56,122 bases of DNA from Pseudomonadota bacterium (lineage in GTDB: Bacteria; Pseudomonadota; Alphaproteobacteria; Caulobacterales; Parvularculaceae): NCBI GenBank assembly GCA_039198765.1, contig JBCCTF010000001.1, positions 1 to 56,122 on the forward strand. The letters are read 5' to 3'. The position numbers and the translations under genes are program-made. Shown piece by piece: positions 1 to 9,930 of the stretch (positions within the stretch are counted from its first letter, which is position 1; each line of letters starts with the position of its first letter). The notes under the pieces were generated by a model that was given only the letters and a program-made list of their open reading frames with translations, was not told the DNA's origin and did no database searches.

Positions 1-5
1 CATCC

Positions 6-533
6 ATGCTGTTGATCGCGCTAAGTTTTGCTGCCGCATTGGCCGCTGATCCCGTCGACAACTACCGCGCCTGCATTGAACTTCAGAGCCCGTCCGAACG
101 CCTCAGCTGCTACGATCGCGCCGCGCGCATCGATGACGAGGCGATGCAAGCCATCCTCGAACGACGCCGCGCCGAGCAGGTGAAGGCGCAGCAAGCCCAA
201 CCAACACTCACCGCAGAAACCCAGGCGCTTCCCGTCATCGGACCGAAGCCATCAGCCGACCCCAGCGGCCCGCGCATCAACCCGAAGGACGAGCCAAAGA
301 CCGGCCCAACCCTCGCGGTGCAAGAGATCCGTTTCAATCGAAACGGCTCTATCATCATCACCCTCGAAAACGGAGAAGTCTGGGCACAGATCAAAAGCGA
401 CACCCGCAAGATCAAAGACTACCAAGCCGACCGCATCGAGACCGCCCAAGTCTCCAAAGGCGCCCTAGGCAGCCGCAAAATGCGCCTGGAGCCGCTGGGG
501 CGCACGGTGAAAGTCCGCCTACAGAGCGAATAG
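6..533 (+). CDS. Secreted hypothetical protein
   Basis: Signal peptide (MLLIALSFAAALA), Cys pair (ACIEL...RLSCYD) and C-terminal ITLENGEVWAQ motif typical of a conserved proteobacterial hypothetical family. Confidence 0.7.
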   Translation: MLLIALSFAAALAADPVDNYRACIELQSPSERLSCYDRAARIDDEAMQAILERRRAEQVKAQQAQPTLTAETQALPVIGPKPSADPSGPRINPKDEPKTGPTLAVQEIRFNRNGSIIITLENGEVWAQIKSDTRKIKDYQADRIETAQVSKGALGSRKMRLEPLGRTVKVRLQSE

Positions 534-550
534 ACTCTAGCGAAAGAACG

Positions 551-898
551 ATGCCCGAAACGATCACACTCTATCGGCCTGTTGGGCCAAAGGAGCTCGA
601 GAAAATCGAGGCGACCGGCATGAAACGGTTTCCGCCGCGCTTGCCTGAGCAGCCGATTTTCTACCCCGTTCTCACCGAAGAGTACGCGACGAAAATCGCG
701 CGCGACTGGAATGTGAAGAAGTCAGGCTCAGGCTACGTGACCAAGTTCGCCGTCCTTAAACGTGTGGCCGACAAGTACGAGCCTCAGGAGGCCGGCGCGA
801 AGCACTTGAAGGAACTGTGGGTCCCCGCGGAGGACCTGCACGCTTTCAACGACGCAATCGTCGGAGAGATCGAAGTCATCGCCACGTTTAGCGGCTAA
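551..898 (+). CDS. Small conserved protein (family often labelled ADP-ribosylation/crystallin J1; possible ADP-ribosyltransferase-like fold)
   Basis: Motifs TLYRPVGPKEL, FPPRLPEQPIFYPVL, IARDWN, GYVTKF, ELWVPAE. Confidence 0.7.
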   Translation: MPETITLYRPVGPKELEKIEATGMKRFPPRLPEQPIFYPVLTEEYATKIARDWNVKKSGSGYVTKFAVLKRVADKYEPQEAGAKHLKELWVPAEDLHAFNDAIVGEIEVIATFSG

Positions 899-935
899 CT
901 CGACAACCCCCGCGCACTGCTGCACACCCTCCGCC

Positions 936-1760
936 ATGCCCACACCCCAAGCCTATTGCCCCCTTTGCGGTCATCCAGAGCGCACGTTGGTTGCGACTTG
1001 GGAGGATTGGGAGGCGTCGCTAGCGAATCGTGATGATGGGCCGATGCGGCTAGAGGCGGGGCGCGCCTGCGGGGTGGCGGCGGATGCGCCGGATCTGATG
1101 CAGTGCACGAACTGCGGCTCGGTCGGGATGAGCCATATTCCGGACCCGGAGCAGCTGGGTAAGTTCTACAGCCATTATCACATGACCGACGGTTTCGTTG
1201 CGAAGGCGAAGAAGAAGATCACCCGCGCGCAGAAGCGCCTCTTGCTCCTCACCTTGATGGCCCCTCGCCGAAAAGGCGGCGGCAAGCGGCGGTTCCTCGA
1301 GATCGGTGCGTCGATCGGCACGGCGGCAGAGGCGGCCCGGCGGATGGGCTTTGAACCCCACGCGGTGGAGATCGACGAAGACGCGATTGCCAAGGGCCGC
1401 GAGATGTTCCCGAAGGTGGCTTTCACAACCGGTGAGCTCGACGCGATCCACGGCGAAGGACAATTCGAGCTCCTCTATGGTGCTGAAGTGATTGAACATG
1501 TTCGCGATCCGGGCGCATTTCTGGATCATTGCCGCCGCCTCCTCGCGCCAGGCGGCGTCTTGTTCATGACGACGCCAGACTACGGGCATGAGAAACGGCC
1601 CCAGCCGCTGCTCGCTTGGCATTCGGTGAAGCCGCCTGAGCACATCAATCTGTTCACGAAGGCGGGCATGAGCGCACTGCTCAACGAGCACGGGTTTGCC
1701 AAACATCGGCTGCCGCCGCACCCCAAACCGGGCATGCGGATCATGGCGCGGAAGGCGTAA
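936..1760 (+). CDS. Class I SAM-dependent methyltransferase with N-terminal Zn ribbon
   Basis: CPLC and CTNC pairs, motif I FLEIGASIG, EVIEHV, LAPGGVLFMTTP, PPEHINLF. Confidence 0.85.
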   Translation: MPTPQAYCPLCGHPERTLVATWEDWEASLANRDDGPMRLEAGRACGVAADAPDLMQCTNCGSVGMSHIPDPEQLGKFYSHYHMTDGFVAKAKKKITRAQKRLLLLTLMAPRRKGGGKRRFLEIGASIGTAAEAARRMGFEPHAVEIDEDAIAKGREMFPKVAFTTGELDAIHGEGQFELLYGAEVIEHVRDPGAFLDHCRRLLAPGGVLFMTTPDYGHEKRPQPLLAWHSVKPPEHINLFTKAGMSALLNEHGFAKHRLPPHPKPGMRIMARKA

Positions 1761-1804
1761 CCCGCAGCGTGTCCCAGGCGAACACACTGAAAAGGACGTC
1801 CGTC

Positions 1805-2254
1805 ATGCGCCTCATCGCAACCATCAGCCTCCTCCTCCTCGCTGCCTGCAGCCGCGTCCCCGATGAGGATTTCGTCCTCACCGCGATGGAAGAAGGGGAT
1901 CGGCCCGTCGTCGCGGCGCTCAGCTACGCGAAATGGTGCCCGAGTTGCCGCGTTCTGGACCCTCGACTCGCTGAGATTCGGGATCAGATGGACTTCGAGA
2001 ACGTCACGTTCGTCACCCTGGACTACACCAAGAAGGACAAAGCTGCGTTCCACGAGAGTGCAGCGGAGGCGGGCGTCGGCCAAGCGATCCGGGATCGTTT
2101 CGGAGACGATATTGGTACTGGGATGCTGATTTTGATTGATGCAGACACCCAAGAGTGGCTGGGCGAGTTGCATCGCGGGATGGATGGTCCGGAGATTTAC
2201 GCGGCCCTCATCAATGCAACTTATCACAATGGGAATGACGCCCGACCGCGATGA
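1805..2254 (+). CDS. Thioredoxin-family lipoprotein
   Basis: Lipobox LLAAC after ATG 1805; WCPSC active site. Confidence 0.8.
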   Translation: MRLIATISLLLLAACSRVPDEDFVLTAMEEGDRPVVAALSYAKWCPSCRVLDPRLAEIRDQMDFENVTFVTLDYTKKDKAAFHESAAEAGVGQAIRDRFGDDIGTGMLILIDADTQEWLGELHRGMDGPEIYAALINATYHNGNDARPR

Positions 2255-2330
2255 TTCGCCAATTGCGCGGGCGCAGCAAAAGCCTTAGCAGTTCACGCAG
2301 TTAGTGAACGCGTAGTGGAGCCGCCGTCCG

Positions 2331-3143
2331 ATGGTCGAACTCACCCTTCCCCGCAATTCGAAAATCTCTGGCCAGGGCCGTACGATCAAAGCGGACAACC
2401 TGAGCAGCGACGCCGAAGTGCGGACGGTGAACGTCTATCGCTACGATCCAGATAGCGGCGAGAACCCGCGCGTCGACTCCTACGATGTCGACACCAAGGG
2501 CATCTCAATGGTTCTGGACCTGATCATCAAGATCAAGTCGGAGCTGGACCCCACCATCGCCTTCCGCCGCTCGTGCCGCGAAGGTGTTTGCGGATCATGC
2601 GCGTTCAACATCAATGGCAAGAACGGCCTCGCCTGCACCACGGGTCTTGATGTCCTGGGCAAAGGCGACATCAACATCTATCCGCTGCCGCACATGCCGG
2701 TGGTCAAGGACCTCGTCACCGACCTCAGCAAATTCTACGAGCAGCACGCAGCGATCCAACCGTTCCTTCAGTCGGACGATGAACCTGAGAAAGAGCATCA
2801 TCAGACCCAAGAGGATCGTGAGAAGCTGGACGGCCTTTACGAATGTATTCTGTGTGCGTCCTGTTCGACCAGCTGCCCCTCTTATTGGTGGAACGGCAAT
2901 AAGGACGGCGAAGACGAGTATCTCGGCCCAGCTGCGCTGCTCCAGGCGCACCGCTGGATCGTGGACAGCCGCGATGACAAGACGGAAGAGCGGCTCGAGG
3001 CCCTGGACGACACGTTCAAGCTCTACCGCTGCCACACCATCATGAACTGCGTTCAGGTGTGCCCGAAGGGTCTGAACCCAGCGAAGGCGATCGCTGAGAT
3101 CAAGCAGATGCTGGTCCAGCGTTCGGGTCGCAAAGTCGCTTAA
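2331..3143 (+). CDS. sdhB: Succinate dehydrogenase iron-sulfur subunit
   Basis: [29 protein letters not shown] and [15 protein letters not shown] Fe-S motifs. Confidence 0.97.
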   Translation: MVELTLPRNSKISGQGRTIKADNLSSDAEVRTVNVYRYDPDSGENPRVDSYDVDTKGISMVLDLIIKIKSELDPTIAFRRSCREGVCGSCAFNINGKNGLACTTGLDVLGKGDINIYPLPHMPVVKDLVTDLSKFYEQHAAIQPFLQSDDEPEKEHHQTQEDREKLDGLYECILCASCSTSCPSYWWNGNKDGEDEYLGPAALLQAHRWIVDSRDDKTEERLEALDDTFKLYRCHTIMNCVQVCPKGLNPAKAIAEIKQMLVQRSGRKVA

Positions 3144-3191
3144 GCGGCCACTCTCGCTTTCTTAGTTCCATTCAGGTAGGCGCCGCACGCT

Positions 3192-4097
3192 ATGCGCTCG
3201 CCTTACCTCATCGTGACGATTGCCGTGACCGTCGGTGTCCTGTTCGACACGACGGTGAAGTACGTGGCGCTCGACGTTTCCGTTATCACCATCACGGCGT
3301 GGCGCTTCGTGTTCGGATCGGTCTTGGCACTGAGCATCTATCTCGCGCGAGGCGGGCGGCTGCCATCAGCGGAGGCGCTCCGCTTCCACGGGATGCGCGG
3401 TTTCCTGCACGTCATCACGGCAACGTCGTTCTTCTGGTCCCTCACCCAGATTGCGCTCGCTGAGGCCACTGCGCTGGGCTTTACCTCGGCACTGATGGTG
3501 CCGCCGATCGCGCGCGTGATCCTCGGTGAACGGATCAGCCCGCTCTCCGTCGCGGCGTTGGTGGTGGGTTTCACAGGCGCACTCTTCGCCCTTTCCGCAG
3601 GTGCGACGGGCGCCCCTGAAGATGGGAACCGGTTGCTGGGCGCAGCCGCTGCACTTGTGGCAGCGCTTGGCTATGCGACAGGCATCGTGCTCATCCGCCT
3701 ACGGACGAGGACGGAGGATAGTCTTCTCATCACCATGTTCGGCAACGTGGTCCCGGCCATCATCCTCTTCAGCCTTTTGTTGATCTCCCAATCCGTCATG
3801 TCCCAAGGACCACCACTCACCATGAATGCCGGTCAGTATGGCCTAGTCGCCCTCGTGGGCTTCCTCGCCTTCTCGATGTGGTGGCTGATGGCCCAGGCCT
3901 ATCGTCATGCCGAGGCACAGAAGTTGGCACCGTTTGAATACCTAGCCCTGCCTCTCAGTGTGCTTCTGGGCTGGGTGATGTTTGGTGAGCAGCCGCAGTG
4001 GCAGCTTTATGTCGGTGCACTGATTGTTGTCGCCTCATGCCTCGCGGTGGCGTTTGAGGACAAACTGTTCGTCAGACCACGTCTCAATCAATCGTAA
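3192..4097 (+). CDS. DMT/EamA family transporter
   Basis: About 10 TM helices, duplicated EamA pattern (ILGERI; APFEY...FGEQP). Confidence 0.88.
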   Translation: MRSPYLIVTIAVTVGVLFDTTVKYVALDVSVITITAWRFVFGSVLALSIYLARGGRLPSAEALRFHGMRGFLHVITATSFFWSLTQIALAEATALGFTSALMVPPIARVILGERISPLSVAALVVGFTGALFALSAGATGAPEDGNRLLGAAAALVAALGYATGIVLIRLRTRTEDSLLITMFGNVVPAIILFSLLLISQSVMSQGPPLTMNAGQYGLVALVGFLAFSMWWLMAQAYRHAEAQKLAPFEYLALPLSVLLGWVMFGEQPQWQLYVGALIVVASCLAVAFEDKLFVRPRLNQS

Positions 4098-5082
4098 GCG
4101 CGCGCTTCAGCATTTCAGGATCAGCGTTCCCGCCGGACAGGATGATCGCCGTCCGCTTCCCGCGACCTTCCACACGACCCGTCAGCATCGCCGCCAGCGC
4201 CACCGCACCGCCAGGCTCGAGCACAACCTTCAGCTCACGGAGGGCAAAGGCGACAGCGGCCAGCGCCTCGTCATCGGTCACTGTCACACCGCGCGCACCG
4301 GCAGCGGAAAGAATCTCCAACGGCAGCACACCAGGCGTCGGCACGAGGAGCGCATCGCAGATCGACCCGCCCTTCCGCGCATTCTCTTCCCGGACACCGG
4401 AGGCAAGCGAACGGCCAAGGTCATCAAAGCCGGCAGGCTCCACCACAAGGATCGCGCAGTCGGGATGCTCTTCCCTGACAACGAGCGCGATACCTGCCGC
4501 AAGCCCACCGCCCGACGCGCAAATCACCACCTGATCAAGTGGCCCGCCCGCATCTTCCAGCAGTTCCAGTCCAGCGGTCCCCTGCCCTGCGATCGTCAGA
4601 GGGTGATCGAATGGCGGGATCAGCTTCGCCCCGCGCTCTTCAGCAAGCCGCGCACCAATCTCCTCGCGGCTCTCCCGTTCGCGATCGTAGAGGATCACCT
4701 CGGCTCCATCGCGCGCCGTCCGCTCGCGCTTTGCTAGCGGCGCATCGGCGGGCATCACAATCGCTGCCTTCACGCCAGCCAGTTTCGCCGCCCGCGCCAC
4801 GCCTTGGGCGTGGTTGCCAGAGGAGTAGGCCACAACACCGCGCGGCTTCTCGTCTTCCGTCAGCGAGAGGATGTGGTTCAGCGCACCGCGCAGCTTGAAG
4901 GAGCCTGTGCCTTGCAAGCACTCCGCCTTCGCCAGCACCTCGCCACCCACAATGTCATCGAGAGCATCGGCCCGCAGCAACGGCGTGCGCAGGATCCCGC
5001 CCTCAATCCGGCGGTGCGCATCTCGCACATCCTGCGCTGTCACGTTCCCGAGCGGCGGTAAGGCGTTGTCAGTCATGGTCAC
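4084..5082 (-). CDS. PLP-dependent threonine/serine dehydratase (catabolic type)
   Basis: TGSFKLRGA PLP lysine, SSGNHAQ, GGGL, ILSGGN; no regulatory ACT domain. Confidence 0.9.
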   Translation of the reverse strand: MTMTDNALPPLGNVTAQDVRDAHRRIEGGILRTPLLRADALDDIVGGEVLAKAECLQGTGSFKLRGALNHILSLTEDEKPRGVVAYSSGNHAQGVARAAKLAGVKAAIVMPADAPLAKRERTARDGAEVILYDRERESREEIGARLAEERGAKLIPPFDHPLTIAGQGTAGLELLEDAGGPLDQVVICASGGGLAAGIALVVREEHPDCAILVVEPAGFDDLGRSLASGVREENARKGGSICDALLVPTPGVLPLEILSAAGARGVTVTDDEALAAVAFALRELKVVLEPGGAVALAAMLTGRVEGRGKRTAIILSGGNADPEMLKRALTID

Positions 5083-5103
5083 CCTAAGTATCGCTGCACG
5101 TTC

Positions 5104-6234
5104 ATGGCGCAGACTCTCACCCGATACCAGTCGATGCTCGACGATGGCACCTTGCGGCCTGACCCCGCCCAGGCGGAGGCGGCCGAGGTGCTGGACGCGT
5201 TGGAGCAGCGCCTTCGCAAGCCGAAGGGCCGCTGGCTGTTCAAGGAGATGCCGCGAGAGCCGGGTGGCCTCTACCTCTATGGCGGGGTGGGGGCAGGGAA
5301 GACGCTCTTAATGGACCTGTTCTCGCGGTCGGTGCCGGACCTGCCGACGCGGCGGGTGCACTACCACGGGTTTATGGAGGAGATGCACGCCTTCATCGAC
5401 GGCTGGCGCAAGATGTCGATGGCGCAGCGGCAGAAGCATCCCGCCAAAGTGCGCCAGGCGAGCCTGGACGACCCGATCCCCCACACCTCGAAAGCGGCCT
5501 TTCAGAAGGCTGAGCTTTTGTGCCTCGACGAGATGCAGGTGACAGACATCGCCGATGCGATGCTGCTGGGGCGTTTGTTCGAGGGTTACTTTCAACGCGG
5601 CGGGACACTGGTTGTCACGTCAAACCGTCCCCCCACGGATCTTTATAAGGACGGCATCAACAGGCAGCTGTTTGTGCCGTTCATTAAGCTGCTTGAGGAG
5701 ACGATGCAGGTGCATCACCTGCAAGCGGCAGAGGACTATCGTCTGTCGGGCCTGCGTAAGCATGGCCTCTACTTCTCACCCCTCGGTGCTGAAGCTGATC
5801 AGGCGATGGACGCAGCTTTCAGTACCCAGACAAAAGGCGCACAGCTCCGCGAGGTGGAGTTGGAAGTCAGTGGGCGGATCGTCACTGTGCCGCAAGCTGC
5901 TGGCCCTATCGGGCGCGGAAGCTTTGCGCACTTTTGTCAGCAGCCGCTGGGCTCATCAGACTACTTCTCCATCTCGCGCCGATTTTCGACGGTTTTTATC
6001 GACCGCATACCGTTGCTGAGCCCCGAGAACGCTGATGCTGCCAGCAGGTTCAGGAACCTGGTCGACGCGCTCTACGACCACCGTTGCAAGCTCGTTTGCT
6101 CAGCTGCAGCGGAGCCGAATGAGCTGTACACGTCAGGAAAGCTGGCTTTTGAATTCGAGCGCACGGCGAGCCGTCTTTATGAGATGCGTACGGAGGATTA
6201 TCTCCAGGAAGCCCACCGCGGCGAGACAGCTTAG
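5104..6234 (+). CDS. zapE: AFG1/ZapE family ATPase
   Basis: Walker A GGVGAGKT, LCLDEMQVTDIADAM, TSNRPP, FERTASRLYEM. Confidence 0.93.
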   Translation: MAQTLTRYQSMLDDGTLRPDPAQAEAAEVLDALEQRLRKPKGRWLFKEMPREPGGLYLYGGVGAGKTLLMDLFSRSVPDLPTRRVHYHGFMEEMHAFIDGWRKMSMAQRQKHPAKVRQASLDDPIPHTSKAAFQKAELLCLDEMQVTDIADAMLLGRLFEGYFQRGGTLVVTSNRPPTDLYKDGINRQLFVPFIKLLEETMQVHHLQAAEDYRLSGLRKHGLYFSPLGAEADQAMDAAFSTQTKGAQLREVELEVSGRIVTVPQAAGPIGRGSFAHFCQQPLGSSDYFSISRRFSTVFIDRIPLLSPENADAASRFRNLVDALYDHRCKLVCSAAAEPNELYTSGKLAFEFERTASRLYEMRTEDYLQEAHRGETA

Positions 6235-6236
6235 CC

Positions 6237-7046
6237 TCAAAACGGCGAACGGAAAATCTCTGGCAAATCAGCACGCTGGATCACCGTCCACGCAAGCCAC
6301 AGCGTCGCTGCTGAGAAAGCGGCTGCAATCAAACGCGAGAGCCAAATCCCGATCTCGCCCTTGAACGCCCGCGTTGGAAGAAACGCCAGGAACGGAACGA
6401 TATGCAGCGCATGGGTTGCGAGGAAGTGCGCTGCGCGCATGTCCCCCTTCTCCATCCGCCAACCGAAAATGCCCTCACCGTAACCGTTCAGTGAACCCCC
6501 GAAATTGACCATCCCAGCGGAGAGAAAGTACGCCACCATCGGTGAGAGGATGAAGACGAGGACGAGACCCCAACCAATCGCCGTCGCCATGGCAGGGTTG
6601 GGGGCGGAGTATTTCGCCCTGAGAACGGACACACCCATCGCCAACGGACCGAGAACGAGCATCATCGCCCCGATCCCTGCAAAGATATACAGCGTCGAAA
6701 ACAGGGCACTGTCGTAGTTAAAGTGCGACCGCACACCGAGCGCTGCGCAGGTGAACAGCCAAGCGACTTCGTAGACAAAGCCTAACGTCACGATCCCGAC
6801 CGCGATCCTGTGGCCGGTGAGCCGCTTCGCCCCCGGCGCCATCCAAGCCGCAAAAAACGACAAGGCTGCATAATAAGTGAGGAACGAGATCGAGAACTTC
6901 AGCGGCTTCAGCCAGACATTGGCACCGTCGAGCATCCGATCATCGACGAGCATCATCGTCGCTGCCACCACCACGAGGATGACATTCAAAACAGTCAGCA
7001 CGGTATAGACCGCATGCCGACGGTACAGTTCTCCTAGCCAGCCCAC
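6237..7046 (-). CDS. Conserved multi-pass membrane protein of unknown function
   Basis: About 7 TM segments; WLKPLKFSIS, SHFN and GDMRAAHFLATHALH motifs. Confidence 0.75.
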   Translation of the reverse strand: MGWLGELYRRHAVYTVLTVLNVILVVVAATMMLVDDRMLDGANVWLKPLKFSISFLTYYAALSFFAAWMAPGAKRLTGHRIAVGIVTLGFVYEVAWLFTCAALGVRSHFNYDSALFSTLYIFAGIGAMMLVLGPLAMGVSVLRAKYSAPNPAMATAIGWGLVLVFILSPMVAYFLSAGMVNFGGSLNGYGEGIFGWRMEKGDMRAAHFLATHALHIVPFLAFLPTRAFKGEIGIWLSRLIAAAFSAATLWLAWTVIQRADLPEIFRSPF

Positions 7047-7281
7047 GACAACGCACTCCCCACCTCAGGCCCAGAACGTAGGTACCCGACCCGGCTGAGC
7101 CAAACGCGGGGTGCTGTTGAACGCGAGAAAACTGCGACATTTTGACCACACTTGCCTCAAGATCGCACCGGAGAAGCGTCAAAGCGCAGGATCATGCTGC
7201 AGTGCCCACACGGCTGTGGACAAGGCGAAGCGCCGCCCCTAGCTTCCGGCGCTTTGAGCCACGTCACGAAAGAGGGCGCCC

Positions 7282-8730
7282 GTGAACGAAGACAAGACTG
7301 CCGTCGAGCAGTTCATTGAAATCCTGCAGGCCGTGAACGGCTTTGTGTGGAGTGAGAAATTCCTGATCCCCCTGCTTCTGTTGACTGGCCTGTTCTTGAT
7401 GGCCGGCCTTAGCGCAATGCCGATCAGGAAGATCCCGTTCGCGGTGGGCGAGCTGTTCCGGAAGCGTGAGGGCCAAGGCGAAGGCGAGGTCTCCCCATTC
7501 GGCGCGCTCATGACCGCGCTGAGCTCGACCATCGGTACCGGCAACATCGCGGGCGTGGCCGCGGCCATCGCGATTGGTGGCCCTGGCGCAGTCTTTTGGA
7601 TGTGGATGACTGCGATCGTCGGTACTGCGACGAAATACTCGGAAGGCGTCCTGGCGCTGACCTACCGCGAGACCGACGCCAGCGGCGCTCACGTCGGCGG
7701 TCCGATGTACTACATCAAAAACGGCATGGGTCCGAAATGGATCTGGCTCGCGGGCACCTTCGCCACGTTCGGCATCTTCGCCAGCTGGGGCACTGGGGCG
7801 CTGGTCCAGTCCAACTCCATCGCCGACGGTCTGAAATCAGCCTACGGAATTAATGCCTACCTCACAGGCGGCACCCTCGCCGCCGCTGCAGCAGCCGTCA
7901 TTCTTGGCGGTGTGAAGCGGATTGCTGGCGTGGCATCGAAGCTCGTCCCGTTTATGGCGGCGACATACCTCCTCGCAGGGATCATCGTGATCGGTGCCAA
8001 CATTACCGAGGTACCCGGAGCATTCGCGACGATCGTCAAAGGCGCTTTCGGCCTCGACAGCGCTGGCACAGGCATCACCATCGGCCTGATGATGCTGGCG
8101 ATGCAGAAGGGCGTCGCGCGGGGCATCTTCTCGAACGAGGCTGGCCAGGGCTCAGCGCCCATCGCCCACGCAGCAGCGAAGAACAAAGACCCGGTGAACC
8201 AGGGCACCGTCGCCATGCTCGGTACAGTGATCGATACCCTGATCGTCTGCACCATCACTGCGCTGGTCATCCTGACTTCAGGTGTTATTCCAGAGACTTG
8301 TGTCCCAGGCATTGAAACCCTTTCGATCTACCAAGGCGGCCTGCAGCCTGATGGCTGCGACACAGGCGTGCCGCTGACGGCCTCAGCATTTGACGCGACC
8401 CTCGTGGGTGTCGGCGAGCATATCGTGTCGATCAGCCTGGTGATCTTCGCCTTCACGACCATCCTCGGCTGGTCCTACTACGGCGAGCGCTGTGCGGCGT
8501 TCCTGTTCTCGGAAAAGGCGATCCTGCCCTTCCGGATCAGCTGGGTTGTCGTCGTGTTCATCGGCTCGGCGCTGATCGGCTTCCAGGATAAGATCGCGAA
8601 CATCGTGAACATCGTCTGGGTCAGTGCCGACACGCTGACAGGCCTGATGGCTGCGCCCAACCTCGTCGCGGTGATCTTCCTCAGCCCCGTCGTCTTCGCG
8701 ATGACCAAAGAGTACTTCGCCAAGCGTTAG
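7282..8730 (+). CDS. Alanine/glycine:cation symporter (AGCS family)
   Basis: TIGTGNIAGVA, GGPGAVFWMW, GGPMYYI, RGIFSNEAGQGSAPIAHAAA. Confidence 0.95.
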   Translation: MNEDKTAVEQFIEILQAVNGFVWSEKFLIPLLLLTGLFLMAGLSAMPIRKIPFAVGELFRKREGQGEGEVSPFGALMTALSSTIGTGNIAGVAAAIAIGGPGAVFWMWMTAIVGTATKYSEGVLALTYRETDASGAHVGGPMYYIKNGMGPKWIWLAGTFATFGIFASWGTGALVQSNSIADGLKSAYGINAYLTGGTLAAAAAAVILGGVKRIAGVASKLVPFMAATYLLAGIIVIGANITEVPGAFATIVKGAFGLDSAGTGITIGLMMLAMQKGVARGIFSNEAGQGSAPIAHAAAKNKDPVNQGTVAMLGTVIDTLIVCTITALVILTSGVIPETCVPGIETLSIYQGGLQPDGCDTGVPLTASAFDATLVGVGEHIVSISLVIFAFTTILGWSYYGERCAAFLFSEKAILPFRISWVVVVFIGSALIGFQDKIANIVNIVWVSADTLTGLMAAPNLVAVIFLSPVVFAMTKEYFAKR

Positions 8731-8751
8731 GAACATCATCAGCACACCAAT

Positions 8752-8789
8752 AAAAAAGCCCCGCTCGCTCCGAGCGGGGCCTTTTCTTT
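8752..8789. terminator. Bidirectional intrinsic terminator
   Basis: AAAAAA-GCCCCGCTCG-CTC-CGAGCGGGGC-CTTTTCTTT between convergent genes. Confidence 0.9.
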
Positions 8790-8806
8790 GTCTCAGGAAT
8801 ATCAGC

Positions 8807-9877
8807 CTACCAAGCTTTCTGCCATCCGAGGGTGAACGTCATATCCGTCTCAAGCTGCGGGCCATTCAGATCGCGGTAGAGCGGGAAGCCAATCTCAGCC
8901 GCGAGGCGATGGCCTCTCTTCCAGCCTTCTTGACCAGCCAGGTTCACGCCGAGGAGCACCTCAACGGTCTCACCGCCATGGTTGTTCGGATCAGCCGTCT
9001 GCACCGGCGCAACGATCAGCGGGTCCTGCCCGTCGATAGAACCAAGGCTCATCCCCTTGAGGCGCAGGAAGCCGGTTGCAGCATGGGTTGGTGAGTAGCC
9101 GAGCCACGCCGTGCCCTCGACCGCATCGCCCAGCGTGTAGCCCTCATCGTTCTCACCAAGTCGGACGGTGCCCATCACCTGGCCACCCCAAGCGATCTTG
9201 CCCGCGCGGTTCCGGTAGGTCACAGCAGGGCGGAGATCGTAGGTGCCTGAGCCGAGCTGCATCGGATAAGGCAGCCGCGGTGACGGGGTGCCGCCCATGG
9301 GCGTCAGGATCTGATCGGTCTCATCGAGCGCACCCGTCGGGATCGACAGGCCGAGGTTCACGTTGAACTGCTTGCCCTCTTTGCTGCCGTCATCGAGGCC
9401 AACGATCGCGGTGATAACGGTATCGCCGAAGCCAGCGGTTTCGGTCTCGAAATTACCGAGAACGTTGGTTCCCATGCCGCCCTGATAGGTGACATGGTCC
9501 ATGGTCTTCGTAATGACGTTGGCCATCGCAGCCACGGTGATCCGGTCGGTCACGCCGTACATCGCGCCGAGCATGTGCATGTCCATCGTCATGTCGAGGG
9601 GCACCACGCGCAGGGTCGGCGGCTGCATCGGCTGGCCGAAAAAGCGGTTCGGCACCGTCGTGGCGATGGTCTCAGCGGAGAGGCTGTCGGTGCCGTCGCG
9701 GCTGCCGTCCATGTCCATCCGCATGAAGCGGTAGCTGACCATGAACTCGCCTTTCGCATGGCGGTGGTCGGCCATGACGCCAATCGGCGCGTGGTCAGCG
9801 GCGTGGGTGCCTTCATCGGCGAAGGCAGGCGACAGCGCGGTGCTGGCGACAAGCGCCAGGCTCAAAACGTTTCTCAT
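8807..9877 (-). CDS. Met/His-rich outer-membrane beta-barrel transporter, probably metal related
   Basis: Start MRNVLSLALVAS at 9877 with AAGGAA SD; signal peptide; HAADHAPIGVMADHRH, MRMDMDG, MTMDMHMLGAM; ends TFTLGWQKAW (beta-signal-like, terminal aromatic). Confidence 0.8.
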   Translation of the reverse strand: MRNVLSLALVASTALSPAFADEGTHAADHAPIGVMADHRHAKGEFMVSYRFMRMDMDGSRDGTDSLSAETIATTVPNRFFGQPMQPPTLRVVPLDMTMDMHMLGAMYGVTDRITVAAMANVITKTMDHVTYQGGMGTNVLGNFETETAGFGDTVITAIVGLDDGSKEGKQFNVNLGLSIPTGALDETDQILTPMGGTPSPRLPYPMQLGSGTYDLRPAVTYRNRAGKIAWGGQVMGTVRLGENDEGYTLGDAVEGTAWLGYSPTHAATGFLRLKGMSLGSIDGQDPLIVAPVQTADPNNHGGETVEVLLGVNLAGQEGWKRGHRLAAEIGFPLYRDLNGPQLETDMTFTLGWQKAW

Positions 9878-9884
9878 CGATTGG

Positions 9885-9930
9885 TTCCTTGTTGGGTTCT
9901 GAAAAAAGGGCTTCAGACCCAGACAGGAGG
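9885..9930 (-). promoter_or_regulatory. mRNA stem-loop pairing the leader ORF 3' end with the transporter Shine-Dalgarno
   Basis: mRNA UCCUGUCUGGGUCUGAA-GCCCUUUU-UUCAGAACCCAACAAGGA forms a long imperfect stem that includes the AGGA SD. Confidence 0.7.

Noticed and set aside
7047-7281. Possible glycine riboswitch upstream of the AGCS symporter
   Set aside because: The conserved GGAGA...CCGAAG...CTCTCAGG core was not found; an Infernal scan would settle it
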